A stretch of 64,000 bases of DNA from Yuukianura sp. NJ FZ-2021 (lineage: Eukaryota), in assembly GCA_046563655.1 (NCBI GenBank), contig CM102283.1, positions 6,200,001-6,264,000 on the forward strand. Reading direction: 5' to 3'. Each line of letters opens with the position of its first letter. Position 1 is the first letter of the stretch. A program made the translations under genes and the position numbers. Under the pieces are notes generated by a model. That model did no database searches. It had not been told where the DNA came from and saw only the letters and a list, made by a program, of their open reading frames with translations. Positions 10,817 through 24,700 of the stretch are shown piece by piece.

Positions 10817-13638
10817 GGTCGTTTTAGTGTAGTGGTTTCACCTACGTTGTTGTCACCACACTGAAACACAAAACGTTGAGTTACATTTTTCAATTTCACG
10901 GTATAAAACTTTTCATCAATTGAAAATCATTTTCAAAATTTGCATTTGCACTTTCTCAGAGAGAGATCACTTTCTACCTACTTTTTTTTTGCAAGAATTT
11001 CCCCACTTTTTCAAAACCCGAAAGCAGAAAATTTGATAACGGATGTTGCCGTAATTTTTTTTGAATGTTTGATTTAGTTTAGTAATTTAGTTGGATGTTG
11101 TTGGTTTAGTACTAAACTGAAAATTGAACACCAGAAATGAACTTGGGTTTCTTGGATCCACTTGGTAGGTTTGCTCAAGGAAGCGTCTCAACAATTAATG
11201 AATCCATCTTTACCTCTTCCAAGTGCTAAAAGATGCAAAAATTAGCAAACGCGATGCATGATGCCTTAGGTCGGTAAACCAAAGAAACAAACAAGCGAAG
11301 TTTAAGGTTTATCGTTACACGCAATTCGACAAATGAGTTTCACTTTGTTGCTTGTGCATCTCAACCCCATGATTAAGAAAAATGGACCAAAAGTGAACTT
11401 GGACAGTGAAAGCGGAAGCGTTTAAATTAAAAATGGTAATACAGTGTCTTACCTAGAGATTAGAGTGAAGATGCTGCTCTGTTGCGACCTACGTGCTTTG
11501 AGCCACTGATGAAGATTAGCACAATGGAAATTGCAGAAATTTTTTGCAGATTGTAACATGGGTTATTGTTGTTTAGGGTTTTTGTGGCTTTAGTTCCGCT
11601 TCCATTTCCCAATGAAATGCTTTGACTTCAAAGGGTGATTGGGTGGGTGATGTCGTTGGGCTCTGCGCATGCTCTGTGCGTAGATGACATGAGTGTGGTT
11701 GTTGAAACAGAAAGGCTTTGTGTTTTAAGTAAAAGTTGCTTAGTTTGAAACTAGTTTGAAAAATCAGTTCTTCCACGTGAGACACCTGAGTGAGTTTTGC
11801 TTGTCTTGGTTTTGTTAATTCATAAATTCATATTTTGTAAGGAACGATTGGACTACACTGTTAAGTGTTTCCGTTTTTTTGGATCATGTTTTGTTTAACT
11901 TTCTATTTAGCACAAATTATTTTTATCTCTTAACTTTAAGCTCGATACATAACCCTATGTTATGCGCTGAAGGTTATGAAAATTTTCTTCGCAAGAAACA
12001 ATGACTCAAACTGGGGTGAACAACACTTATCCATGATGAAGATGATTGTCTGAACGGGAAATTTTTCATTTCGAAAAGCTTGAACTGAAAAAAATTTGGA
12101 ATACAATTTTGTAATTTCCTGTGAGAACTGGCAATATTAACGCTGTTTTAATCAGTGGCGATTTTTATAACCATGAAGATGATTGTTCCTCCCACGATGA
12201 AGATCAAGGTCAACCCCAGAAGAAAGTAGAAGTTTTTGATTTTTGGCAAAAGTTGAACGAACATCCCCCTAACCTAATTGCGTCAAAGTTAACGAAAAAG
12301 AGTGTATCAAACTCGACTCGAATTCAATACATTGCGATTGGGCGCTTTGCAATTGACGCCGTAAAAGAAAATGAAGAAAACCGGTTTAATTTGAAACTGA
12401 AACTGACTCCATTAACACTAATTCAACTTTCTATTTCAAAACGAGCCGAGCCCATTCAAAAGAAAATTGAAAACTTTAAGACAATACTAAAATTGAAACT
12501 ACAGATCATTCCGTTTTTAATTCGCCATAATTCAAAATTCCCAACATTTTGAAGCAATTTTCTTGAGTTTTTAGTTAAAATATGTTTTTACTATTTTTTT
12601 TTGTCTATTTACAACTCAAATTTTGCAGAAAATCATCCTGTGATTTTATAGTTAAAAATTTTCTTAATTTTTTTGTTTGTAAGTTTGATTAATACAGAAA
12701 TCTGAAGTAATTGATTCATAGGGGATTTGTGCCGTTTGTTAGTAAAGATTGAAGAAAGTGTTGACACTGTGTGAAGTACATTTAAAACCACTTCAGACTG
12801 TAGCGTCAGTCGTAACTTTTTGTGAAATTGGTCATCAACTTTTTTGAAAAAGGGCAATAAAATTTAGTTGATAACTCTGAAACTGGCAGTGGTCCATAAG
12901 CATTATAACTCCTTATTTTTGCAACTGGAGATGGAAGTGTGATTGATGTTTTTGAAATACCCGGGTAAAGTGATGGTGTGTCGATTGGATGAATCAGAAC
13001 GTGTGTTATTTGGAGATGAAGAATGAAGATGAGGGATTTGTGAGTCGTAAAGCGGGTGGATGTTGTTTGGGTGAGAAAAGATGCCCGGGACCGGGTAGCC
13101 TCCCTAATTGCCACCCATTCTAAATTCTATTTTCTGTGATAGACCTAATACTGATTCAGTGCTTAGGAAAGGGGGGGGGGAGGGAAAAGGAGGGGGTGGG
13201 GGTTCTACTGCCCGGTTTTTTCTAAACAAAACATCCGTTCAGACTTTTCCAAAAAGTCAGTGCACAAAAGTTCGGCTGTAGGAGCACTGCTCACACTCTG
13301 TTCTAAACTTGTTCCAATTTTTATTTAAAAAAAAATTTCTATTCAAACTTTCAAAAAAATTGAGGTTGCGACAGTGCCGCGCGTGACTCTAACCTTTGAT
13401 TACTGTGCCGAAGAGTGGGATTTTTTGAAAAATTGACGAACTTTGAAATTGAAAAATTCGAAACGTGGTTTTGTGTAATTTCCGGTGAAGTTTTTTTAAG
13501 TGATGGAACGGACAAGTGTGGAAGTTGGTTGTGGTGGGCCAAGGACCGTGGAGGCGTGGATGTGATAATTGTGCACATGTCTAATGCTTGCGGGCGCTAG
13601 CCTCGGGGCGTCTGCACTATGTGACAAAGAATGCTACA

Positions 13639-16600
13639 ATGTTGGACATTTTTCGCGGGCTGAAGAACTTGGTGAAGGTGAGTCACGTGAGGATCGACTC
13701 CAGCATCTTCCGCCTCCATTACTCCCTCACTGTCATGATTCTGCTGGCCTTCTCACTCATTGTCACCACGAGACAATACGTTGGCAACCCCATTGACTGC
13801 ATCCACACCAAGGTAAGTAACTGTATAATCCATTTATACACATTTATATATAAAATAATATATTTTATTAATGTATATTTTACTATGATCAGGAAGTGCC
13901 CGAGGACGTGCTCAACACCTACTGCTGGATCATGCACACTTACCTCGTCAAGAGCGCCATGCTCAAAAAAGTTGGAACTGGACATGGCCAAGTGCCTCAT
14001 TTCGGTAATCCGATTTTTTTTAAATTTGAAATCCTAAATTTCAAATTTAATTTGAAATCCTATCCGATTCTTTTTTAGGAATTGACAGTTCCACGCACGA
14101 GGATGATCTCAAGGTCTACAAATATTACCAATGGGTTTGCTTCTGCCTCTTCTTCCAGGTAAAATTTTCAAAAAAAGAAAAATTCAAATTAAAAAAATTT
14201 CAACTTCGAAACTTTTTTCAAAATTTGTTGGATAACTTTCCTCCGAATTTCAATCTTTATCCCAACACTTAATCAGTGTCAAGGGCATGCTATACGTGGT
14301 TTATTTAAGAAAAACAAAGGAATCCGAAAAACAAAAAATTCAAGGGTTTACTCCAAAAATTTGTGGATTATCTATTTTTTGTTTTTAAAACAGATTCAAA
14401 ATCTAATTTTAGAATTTCAGAATATGTTTTGGAATTCATGTTTCTGGAACAAGGGATTCCGTTCCTTTGTTCAAAAATTCTTTGAACGATTAACATTGCT
14501 CTACTGATTAATTGCATTTCAGTTTGAATCATTGGAGTAAAATGCCAGTCACTACTTTATTTGTGTCGAAAGTTCAACAAAACGTTTTTTTTTTGCTAAA
14601 CTGTTGAATGATTTCAAACAGATTTGTTCGCATGCAGTTTCCAAAATTGCTCTTTCCCGACCATGTTCATTGAAGCGAGTGAATCGGTTGGATGAGTTCG
14701 TTTTTAGAAATTTTCAAACAAGAGGCGTCGTATTTGACATTCCAAATTCGTGTTTAAACAAGAATTTGAAATTCGTTCCATCCAATCAACCTCAAAGCTT
14801 AAACTGATCTCTGGTTTTCTGGCTTGAATTTATGTCGGCTCCCTTTCCGGATCCGGCGTGCTTGAAAACCATTCAAACTCGAATGCTTCAAAAACTCCTG
14901 CTGACTCACTTTTCGCAAAGATTTTAAAAATTCGTTTTGAAATTCTGAAAAAAGTTTTTGCATCATCATCCAATTTATTTGGAGGCGTTTGGGAATTCTT
15001 GGAAAGAAAACGTTTTTCGAAATTTTCGTGACATGAAATGATCAACAAGAAATAACTTTCACGTTGTGTAAAGTTTGAAACTGAAAAGTTTGAATGAGTC
15101 AAAGTTCAGGAAACGGTTTGTAAGTTCTCACATTTTGGAAAATGTTTCAAAAGAATGACATTCACTGCGGGAATAAGGTCAAAGGTGAAACGTTTACTTC
15201 CGAAACATTCAGTATCATCTTCCACCAGCAGTTACTCAGGTTTCCCTACACGAAAGCATGGGATTCCACCTGTCCCCGAGAAACTCGCGTACACTACTAT
15301 ACAGTTTGTAAATATTTAGAAAAAAATTAACATGCTACTGCTCATGCTCCACCGTAGAAACACGCGCTGCTGACTTCATTTGGAATTGAAAAGAACCGGG
15401 ACAGGGGCACTAGTCCCATCCATATCCAGGAAGTCAAAACATTGTTCTCATATTTAAAAAAAGTTCTCCTTTTCAAAATCATTAGCATCTAACCTATTTT
15501 TTGAAAATCGGAGTACTGAAGAAGACATTTTTTGAAAATGAACTCATTCAAAACATTTCAAAGAAAATACAAGTAGTTACTCCCTTCAAATTTTTCTGAA
15601 ATTTCTTCCCTTTAAAATTTTTTCACAAAACAAGAACGCTGCAGATTTTGATCACTTAAGCGGCGGCAGGAAATGTGTGACGTTGGCTCGTGACTTTTTG
15701 AGCATTCATGTTGCTTCTGGCGGGAAAACATCTGAGTATGAAAAGCGCTGATTTTTTGAAAAATTCTAAATGTTTAGAAGAGTATGGGGTGATTGTTCCT
15801 TGCGATGAGTTTTTTCGGTTATGTTTTGGGTTATTCGTTTCTTGGGTGGGACGCATCTGGAAGTGTTAGTCTATTCCATGACGTCAGTGGAGAATGACCT
15901 ACTAGCAAGAATCGCATCTGGGTCACGGGATTTCTTAACCTCTTGGCAGCATTCCCATAATCACTTCTTCGGAATACACAGCAACCTAAAAGAGAACCAC
16001 CACGAGCACCTTGCTCTCTCTCTCATGTCCACTGGCACTTGTTACACTTATGAACATTTCGGCTCCAAAGTTTCAATTAAAGTCAACGGACATCACTCAC
16101 CGTTTCGCTCTTTTGTGTGACTGGAGCACACTGTTCAGGGTTCCCCTCATAAATCATGAATCACCTACTAAGAAGAAATGATTGTTTTCAAATTTTCCAA
16201 AAACTTTTTAAAAAACAGAGATTTTTTCAAAAAATGGAGTTGATAAATCAAGTAGGTTCGCCTTTGAAGTTAAGTGGTCCCATTGGGAGTGACATTAATG
16301 GGAGGGTGATGGTGAGTGACTAATTGACGTCGTGCAGAAAATGGGCGGCGCAAGAGTGACAGATTTTTGCACTTCCTTGTGTCGATGCAGCATTCGATGT
16401 TCTGAGTTCCCCGGAAAGTGATTGGAGTTCGAATAATCATAAATTGAACAGGTTTTGAGCGGAACTTTTTGAAAAAGTTTGAAAAAAGGATTTAGCTTGA
16501 GGGTAAATCTAAAGATTTGCTCACTCTCTTCACCGTAATTTTGAAAATGTTCCTTGTGAGGATTGAGTTCCGTTGGGTCTTGGCCAATTTCTGATCTTCC

Positions 16601-19600
16601 AGATCCAAGTTCTTGATTGAACTCGACAGAACTGTGAGTAAGTGTATGTTAAAAAAAAGTTTAGTTCCCCAGCTACCACAAATGGGACAGAAATACATGG
16701 ACTGGGACTCTGCTGTTCTCGTTTGAACGAGCACAATGGAGGCAGTTTAGCTCAACCTTAGCAGAATTTCTGCCAAAACAAAAGCAAGATAATTTGGCCT
16801 TTTGAAGAACAACCAACATAACTTTTTTTAAAAGTCAGAAGGACTAATCTTAAAAGGAAATGGATGTCTGCTAAGCTAAGAGAAGCAGATGAGTTGATGG
16901 AATGCGGGAGCATTAAGAGAATGGAATGGCAGATGCGTTGGAAAATAGTTTTTTGAAACTTCGCGGGAAGTTCATAATAACACAAATGAGAATTTTTATT
17001 ATTCCTAAAAAGTCTAAAAACCTCGTAGACCTACTAATCGACTCAAAACTTTCGTTGAAGTTGCCAAATTACTTCAATTTGTTTTCGTTTTAAGAAAAGT
17101 TTTTAAAAATTTCAAAAATTTGAGATACACATGGTTTGATTTTTTAAAAACTTGTTTTGCGGAACAAGATTACATGATACACGGACGGGGTTAAGTGGCT
17201 AACCCGGAAAACCGATACCGAAACTAACGCTAAGATTTTTACTCTTTTTTTTTTACTTTTAAAAAAAAACGCGAAATGAACTTTGAAATTTACCCCACAC
17301 CGTGACGCTTGACAGTGACACGCGTCACACGGACTTGTTACCGTTTGACACAACAGAAGTTTAAGTTGTTCCTGTCACGTGATTGGTGTCACAAAATTTA
17401 AGTTTTTCGTGTTTTTTTGAAAAAACAAAAAACAGTTTAAATCTTTTTTAACAACATGTTTTCTTCAAACATTTTAATTAAACTAAAAAAAATTAAAGAA
17501 ATTAAAAAAAAAAAGAAATGAGAATAATTTTGATTTGTTAAAATGTTCACAGGAAAAGCCATTTCAACTTGCTTGGAATTTGAAAAGAAATAAGCGTTTT
17601 TGAATTTTTAGTGTGGGTAGCATTTTTTACTTCTTCAAAAAGACTTTTCAAAAAAAAATGTGACACTAACTTTCCTAAGGATGAGATGCTTAATTCGGTA
17701 GTTTTGGTAAACAAGACAGGAGAGAAATTGCCTCATCTCCATCAGCACTTCATCCGCAACTCTCAAAAAAACATGCGGAAATTAATGTATTGGGAAAAGC
17801 GTTTTCAGTTCCCATTTTTTATTTAAAACAAAAAATGTTGAATTTTTGTAAGCACAACTTTAGTATTTTTCAAATAGAAAACGAATGACACTTCCACCAC
17901 TACAACTCATTTCTCAACAACAAAATAAACATTTTACACTTTCTATAATTTAATCATCGAATCCAACTACAAGAAAAGTAAATTCTATAAATTGACGTCT
18001 GACAAAATGCTAGGGTAAAAAATATACAAAATCAATTGGCTAGCTCATTAATTTTATACAATAACCATTCATTTATAAGATTTTTGTATAATTTTTGTTA
18101 CAATTTTATATGTGAAATACGGAAATCCAAAGATATTTTAACAGAAGTCGATAAATTTAGAAAAGTGTCCCAAATTCGTATCGACACTTCGACACCTCGT
18201 TTGAGTAAATTTATGTATTTTGAAAAAAAAATACTATATGAAAAAATTGAAATTTTGATTCACACTGTAAAATCAGTTTTGGAGAAAAAAAAATGAATGA
18301 CTTCGGAACTCAGAACATAAATTAGAAAAAACTGAAAAGTACAATATTAGTTTTGCAAAACTGAAAATTGCAAAAAGGAAAAAAAATAAATTAATTTAAA
18401 AAAAATCCGACCATTGAAAATCTCAAAATCCTGGGAAGCAAAATTTTGATTTTCTTTGAAATTTTAGGCAATTCTGTTTTACATTCCGCGTTGGTTGTGG
18501 AAGAATTGGGAGGGCGGGAAGATTCAAGCTCTGATGATGGACCTGGACGTCGGTATTTGTCCAGAAATGGAGAAGAAGCAGAAGAAGAAGCTGCTAGTCG
18601 ACTACCTCCATGAAAATTTAAAACATCATAACTGGTGGGCCTACAGATACTTTTTATGTGAAGTACTCGCACTTGCTAACGTAGTCGGTAAGATTTCATT
18701 TTAAATTTAAATTAAAAAAAAACGCGATTTTTGAAATTTCATACATTCTCTCTTCCAGGTCAAATGTTCCTCATGGATCGGTTTTTCGATGGGGAGTTTC
18801 TCACTTTCGGGATCGAAGTTCTGCGTCTTTCAGAAGAGGATGATGATCAGCGGATAGATCCAATGGTTAGCATCATTTTCAATTTTTTTTCAAAATTTCA
18901 AACATTTTTCATCCCACCTAAATTTCAAATTTGACTTGTTATGTTATTCTATCAACTAAAAACTTGAAATTACAATGTAATCTTCTGCCACAAACGTTTG
19001 AAAGACGCCTTTCCGCCTAGACATGATTGATCCCACCTTAAAATTTTGAAATTAGACGTTGACGGCCCAATTCCCGGCAAGACACAAAACAGTTGCCCTG
19101 ATTTGATTGTTGACCAATTTGTCTGTCACTTTTTTGTCAGATCCGCATCTTCCCGCGCATGACAAAGTGCGTGTTCCATCAGGGTGGTAGGTCGATGACG
19201 GTTGAACGTCATGACGCCCTGTGTATCCTGCCTCTGAACGTCGTCAACGAGAAGATCTATATTTTCCTTTGGTTTTGGTTCGTCCTCCTCACTTTCCTGT
19301 CGTCTTTGACGATTCTCTACCGTCTTGCCGTCATCATCTCGCCGCGGATTCGCGGATTCCTCCTCGGCACGCGATTCCGACTTCTTAGTCAAGATGTAAT
19401 TCAAAACGTCGTGCACAAGTCACGACTCGGTGACTGGTTTCTCTTCTACATGCTCGGACAGAACATAGACTCTGTCATTTTCAAAGTACTTTTTTTCAAA
19501 ACTTCATTTTAAAATTTCAAACTTATGACTTCAAAATCTAAACCTAAACTGCATTTTGTCTAGGAAGTGATGCATGATCTGTCTCGGAAGTTGAGCCATC

Positions 19601-19623
19601 CCAAGGATTTCGGAGAACCGTAG
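13639..19623 (+). CDS. shakB: Innexin shaking-B (gap-junction channel). Exons 13639-13812, 13893-14004, 14079-14158, 18468-18687, 18759-18865, 19141-19485, 19564-19623
   Basis: N-terminus [29 protein letters not shown]...QYVGNPIDC matches ShakB. Innexin hallmarks [41 protein letters not shown] and GDWF. Splice junctions keep frame. Confidence 0.93.
18132..18203 (+). pseudogene. Degenerate copy of the innexin N-terminal exon inside shakB intron 3
   Basis: Translates [24 protein letters not shown] versus exon-1 [24 protein letters not shown], ungapped, 11/24 identical. Confidence 0.5.
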
Positions 19624-21759
19624 TAAGTAGAAGGTTTGAAATGAAGCGCCTCCACTGCCACTGCCATTCAAACACAAAGACAAGGTACTTCAAAGAAAAA
19701 AAAAACGAAAATGCACTTCAAAAACTTTTTTTTTGAAATATGCGACTTTTATTTTCTGAGATGCGCCTAATTTGACTTGTGCCTAAAATTTCGCTCCCCA
19801 ATTCCCGATTTCCAGGAAGCAAAACCAACTTTTTTTGAATTTCAAAATTAGTGCTGTTTTTTTTAGTTGAATTTGGAAAATGAGTGTTTTATTTCCGACT
19901 CGTGTCTATTTTTCTTTCAAGACGATGTTCGTATTAAATTTCAGACAGAAACAAAAAGATCAGAACATGAAATCAGGCTAAGAATAGAGAGACTAAAACT
20001 TTTTAAAAACCTCCATCACAGAGTTGTAAAGTTTTTTTTTGCAATCTGAAATCAAAAGCCAAACTAAACGCTATGAAAACATTGTGAATCTTTTTCAGAT
20101 CTCCTAAGTCATGCCAACAGCGAACGAGTTTAAGCAAGAAGTGACCCCTGACCTTGGCCCCGTGTTGCCCCCAACCCCTTTTAACCCCTATCTCTCAACC
20201 CCCTTTTCTACAAAGTCACTAATAGAATAATCTAAAAGCATAGTCTAAAAACTTAAAAGTTTAAACCGAACAGTGTTTCAAAACGTTTGTGAAATGGAGT
20301 CAATTGAGCTAAAAACAATTTTACCAAATTAAATGTTACAAAAAGTTTGAAAAACTGACGTGATCCAATCTAGTCTTAGCTTTAACTAAACAGTAAAATT
20401 ATGAAAATGAAAATTTTTAGAAGATTTAGTTGACAAAAATTTAGTTTATTGAAAAACTATATTTTAGCTCAATTGACCCAAGTTTGGACATCTGTATGGA
20501 CAGGCAAGTATCCAAAAGACAGAATAAAATTCCTACAGGAACAAAACCGAAATTCGTTTTTTAACTTTCTGTGTCTATTTTTACCTTCATTACTTCAACT
20601 TTTTTTTGTTTTTTTAAATTAATTAAACTAAACAGCATGGCTTGGTTTTCATTTGGTTGATGATTATTGTTTTTGGCAAAACGAACAAAAGAAAGAAACA
20701 AAGAACCAGATTAACAACACTACTAATAAAAAAAACCGAAAAGCTAAAAAACCGAGTCTGGAGCTAAACTACAAAAAAAAAGTTTTATTACAAACAATTG
20801 TGTTCCTGAAGGATCTCGTTTTCAAAATTTCCAAAATCCTCCCTAGTATGTAGTGTGTGCTGCAAAATGAACATGAAAATTTACTTTCTTGAAATTTTAG
20901 ACTACAGTTGTTAGATTTTGTTGCATTGCATTTCCCACAATCGGACGAATAATCTAAATTGAAATTCATTTTCACTTTTTAAAATTGTCATTTTTGGCTC
21001 AACGATTTTGTCTTTTTATTGTTTCGTTTGAGATTTAGCATAAAATAGAACCTAAGGAAATAGACTTTGGTTTTTAACTAAAAAATGTGATTTTTTTTAG
21101 TAATAAGGCTTATGGGAGTACTTATAATCTAAGGTCAACTTTTAGGAATTTTCTAGTTTCTAAATTGTTTACAGTGGCAGCAACATCAGGCATTACTTGG
21201 TCAATGTAGCTTTTTGAACTGCTAAATTTTAAGAGCTTCATTTTTCAAAAACAACTTTTCCATTTTTCCGTCCAAATTTCTTTCTACGCTTGTTCACAAT
21301 TTAGTTACTTAATTTAACCTTTAAGGCTGGTCAAAGTCTTGAAATTTTAAACGTTGGCGGTGGTTACGCTTTAAAGGACGGTTTGTGTTTCATTTATCAC
21401 TACAAGTATCTTAAGCACTAACAACTAATTACTAGAGTAATTACTAATTACTTAATAATTACTACATAATTCTTAGTAGGAGTCTGAAGTATTGTCCTAT
21501 CCGTATGTTCTAAAATTCTATTTTCGAAACAGTAGCTTTTCCATAGCTAAAATCGTTTTGTCCCGAATTTTTAGAAACTATCTGGTTTTTGTTAGTTATT
21601 CAAAATAATATTTTTACAAAACTATTGTTCTTTTCCTGATTGTCCTTTGGTTACACTTAAATATCAACAAATAACGATAATTACTTATGACATATGAAGG
21701 AGGAATGTGATAGTCGTAAGGCTGGTGATTTAAAGTTACCCGCCTAAAATTCTAAAATT

Positions 21760-24700
21760 TTAAATTAGTCTCTCCTCTGGTGGTGGTTTGAGAACGTTGT
21801 CTAATTCAATTCTTGGATTAGAAAATTCTTGTTGGCTGGGTGAGTAGACTCCACGCGTTGCCCGTTTCTTTCTGGCCATGCGCACGAGAATCACGGCGGC
21901 AATGATGACAGACACGAGGAACGCTGTGAGGACAGGAATGACGATGAGAATGACGTTGATTGTAGTTGACTCAAAGCCAGAAGTTCCTTCTAGCATCCGT
22001 TGAGTGCAATTTTCACCTGAAATTGACAAAAAAGTTATTATTTTTCGAAATTTTAAGTTTTGAAATTTTAAAAATACATTTACAAAAATTAACTTGAAAT
22101 TATTAAATCAACAAAGTTAACGTATGTTTACCTGTCCAAGGAGCTGGACAGTCACAGGTCGGCATTGGTTCTGAACCCAGTTCGCATAGAGGGACGCACG
22201 TCCCTCGATTGGCACATTGATGTGACGGCCAACATGGGTCGGCCATGTCACACCTATAAATAGATAATTCAAAATTCATTTTTTCAATTTTTGAGAATTT
22301 TTTTTTTGAAAAAATTTTACTTACGAATTTCCGCAAAGCCCTCCGAAGCACATACAGGAAAAGTTGCCAGGGACGTTCTTACAAGTAGAATTTAGAGGAC
22401 AAGTTGAGCTGAAGTAGGGATCTTCACACTCGTTGATGTCCTCTTCACATGTATCTCCTGCACCAATCAAATCACTTCCATTAATCTTTAGACTAATTGC
22501 GATCATCGTTAAGTTAATTTAAGCAATCTTTAAACTAATTAAGAGCAGACTATTGAGCTAAACAGTTTGTGGGGTTACCTGTGAAGCCAGTTCCTCTGCA
22601 GTCACAAGTAAAAGCGTTGTCACCATCAATGCACCTTCCGAAATTTTTACACGGTTGAGATTCGCACTCATTTACACTTTCGTTGCATCTGAAATTTTTT
22701 TTTAATTTTCAATTTAAACTCTAATTTTTTTAAAGATCATTTTTGATTTTCGTATTTTTTCCAAAATTCAAGAGGCCCACTGACCTCAAATTTTTCCAGC
22801 CTGGATCACAATGACACACCCAACCGTACGGCCATTTGTTTACACACCGTCCATGACCTGCGCAGTCCTCATCTTGGCAGAAATCAATCACTGATCCACA
22901 AGTCCTACCCGTGTAACCTGCATTACATAAACAATTAAATAACAAAGTTAATTAAGTTCGTTTAGGTGTTAATTGGTGACTCGATGAGTTTGAGCCTAGA
23001 TTTAGTATTAATTTTTAATGAATTTAGGTTTCTTTTTTAAGTTTCTTACCCGGGGGACAGGTACATGTAAAATTTGTGCCGTCTGCCCGTGGCGTTGTGT
23101 TTACGCACTGTGCCTGATTTTCGCAAGGGAAGTCTAAACACGAGGCAAGTCTTCTGGAAGTGCAATTAGGACCAACGTAGTCACTGGAACAACTGCAAGT
23201 ATAGAATCCAATATTGTCTTCACAAACAGCCTGCTTGTCTACTGTCTGACATGGATTTGGATCAGCACACTCGTCAATATTCGTGTCACACCTCAAAATC
23301 AAAATGAAATCATGAGGTTACATAATCAGGGAAATTCATTAATAACTATAAAACACTCTGAAATATTTCTACAAATGTAATTTAAAGCATTGGATACAGG
23401 AAAATAAAAAATGGAAATACTTACAACCAGCCAGTGAAGCCAGGAGTACAGACTGAAACAGAAAATAAATATTTTTAGTTTTCAATTTACGAAACTAGAA
23501 GAAAAATTTCATAAGAATTACACTTTTTCTTTGCAATTGAAACCTAAATAATTTTTTGTACACATATATTGAAAAGTTGATCTCACCGCAAGTGTAGTTG
23601 GCAATTTGGTCGACACAGGTTGAACCTTCTGCACACCGATTCTCTTCACACTCGTTCACATTTACCTGAAATTTGTCATTAACATAAAAATTTGTGTTAA
23701 AAAGGTGACTCTGTTTAAACAAAACTTTTTTTGCACAGGTTTTTTAGCAAAGAGTCGTTGAATTGCGAACTTTTGTGAATAATCCAAGGTCATCGGATCA
23801 CCCCCCTCCTTTTGTTCGGCAAATTGCAAACACAAACTAACTTCACCCGTGTCTAATAGATTCAAGCGCACGCAAACCGTATTAGTAATTTTTCAGATCA
23901 CGCAAACACTATGTAAAATATATTCTTAACACTCATATTTAAATTATTATTTACATTATCCTAAATGAAATAAAAAATTGTAAGATATGAATATTCCTAC
24001 CTGACAAAAATGTCCCGCAAATCCGCGTTCACATCGACAGTCATACTTTTCCAGAGCGTCTTCACATCTCCCGCCATTTTGGCACTCGTGATCATAACAC
24101 AGGAGACAACCGAGACCAAGGCGACCTTCAGACGGTTCGTCCATGTAAAATGCACTCGCTGCTGTTCGTTGAATCAACGAGTCATTCCGAGTATTGATTT
24201 CAAGGAGTTGCGCTGTAGAGACAAACGGAAGTCGGAAGTCTCCGATTCTCACGTCACCCAAACACCCTCTGAAAAAATCTTCGTGCAGCGCAGTGTCATG
24301 GACTCTCATGCTTACAGAATTGACATGCCCATGAGCTGAATCGACACTATAAGCACCTCTTCCCTGTCTCACGTGACTTCCAAGAACAATTTCTGAATAG
24401 TTGGCTGAAATGATTCCCTTGAGTAGATTTAGTGGAAATAGCGTTGCCATTGGAGTTTTCCGTTCCGCTCCATCGAATAGTAGAATGAGGTTCTGTGTTT
24501 CGGGATTGACGTTGAGTTTGACGGTGTGCCATGCGCCGTCAAGGGCTTTGGTCACTTTTTCTCCAAAGCGGGTTCCGTTGACGTAAACGGCAAGGTAGGA
24601 ATCACTCACATTTTTGGCAGAGTCGAACACTTCTTCGAGTGCTATTCGAAGTGATGTTCCGTTGGCGGGATGGTTCATGTGCAAAATGGAGCCGCCATGT

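Noticed and set aside
12121-12552. 143-aa ORF upstream of shakB
   Set aside because: Non-ATG start, AT-rich composition, no motifs or convincing splice context.
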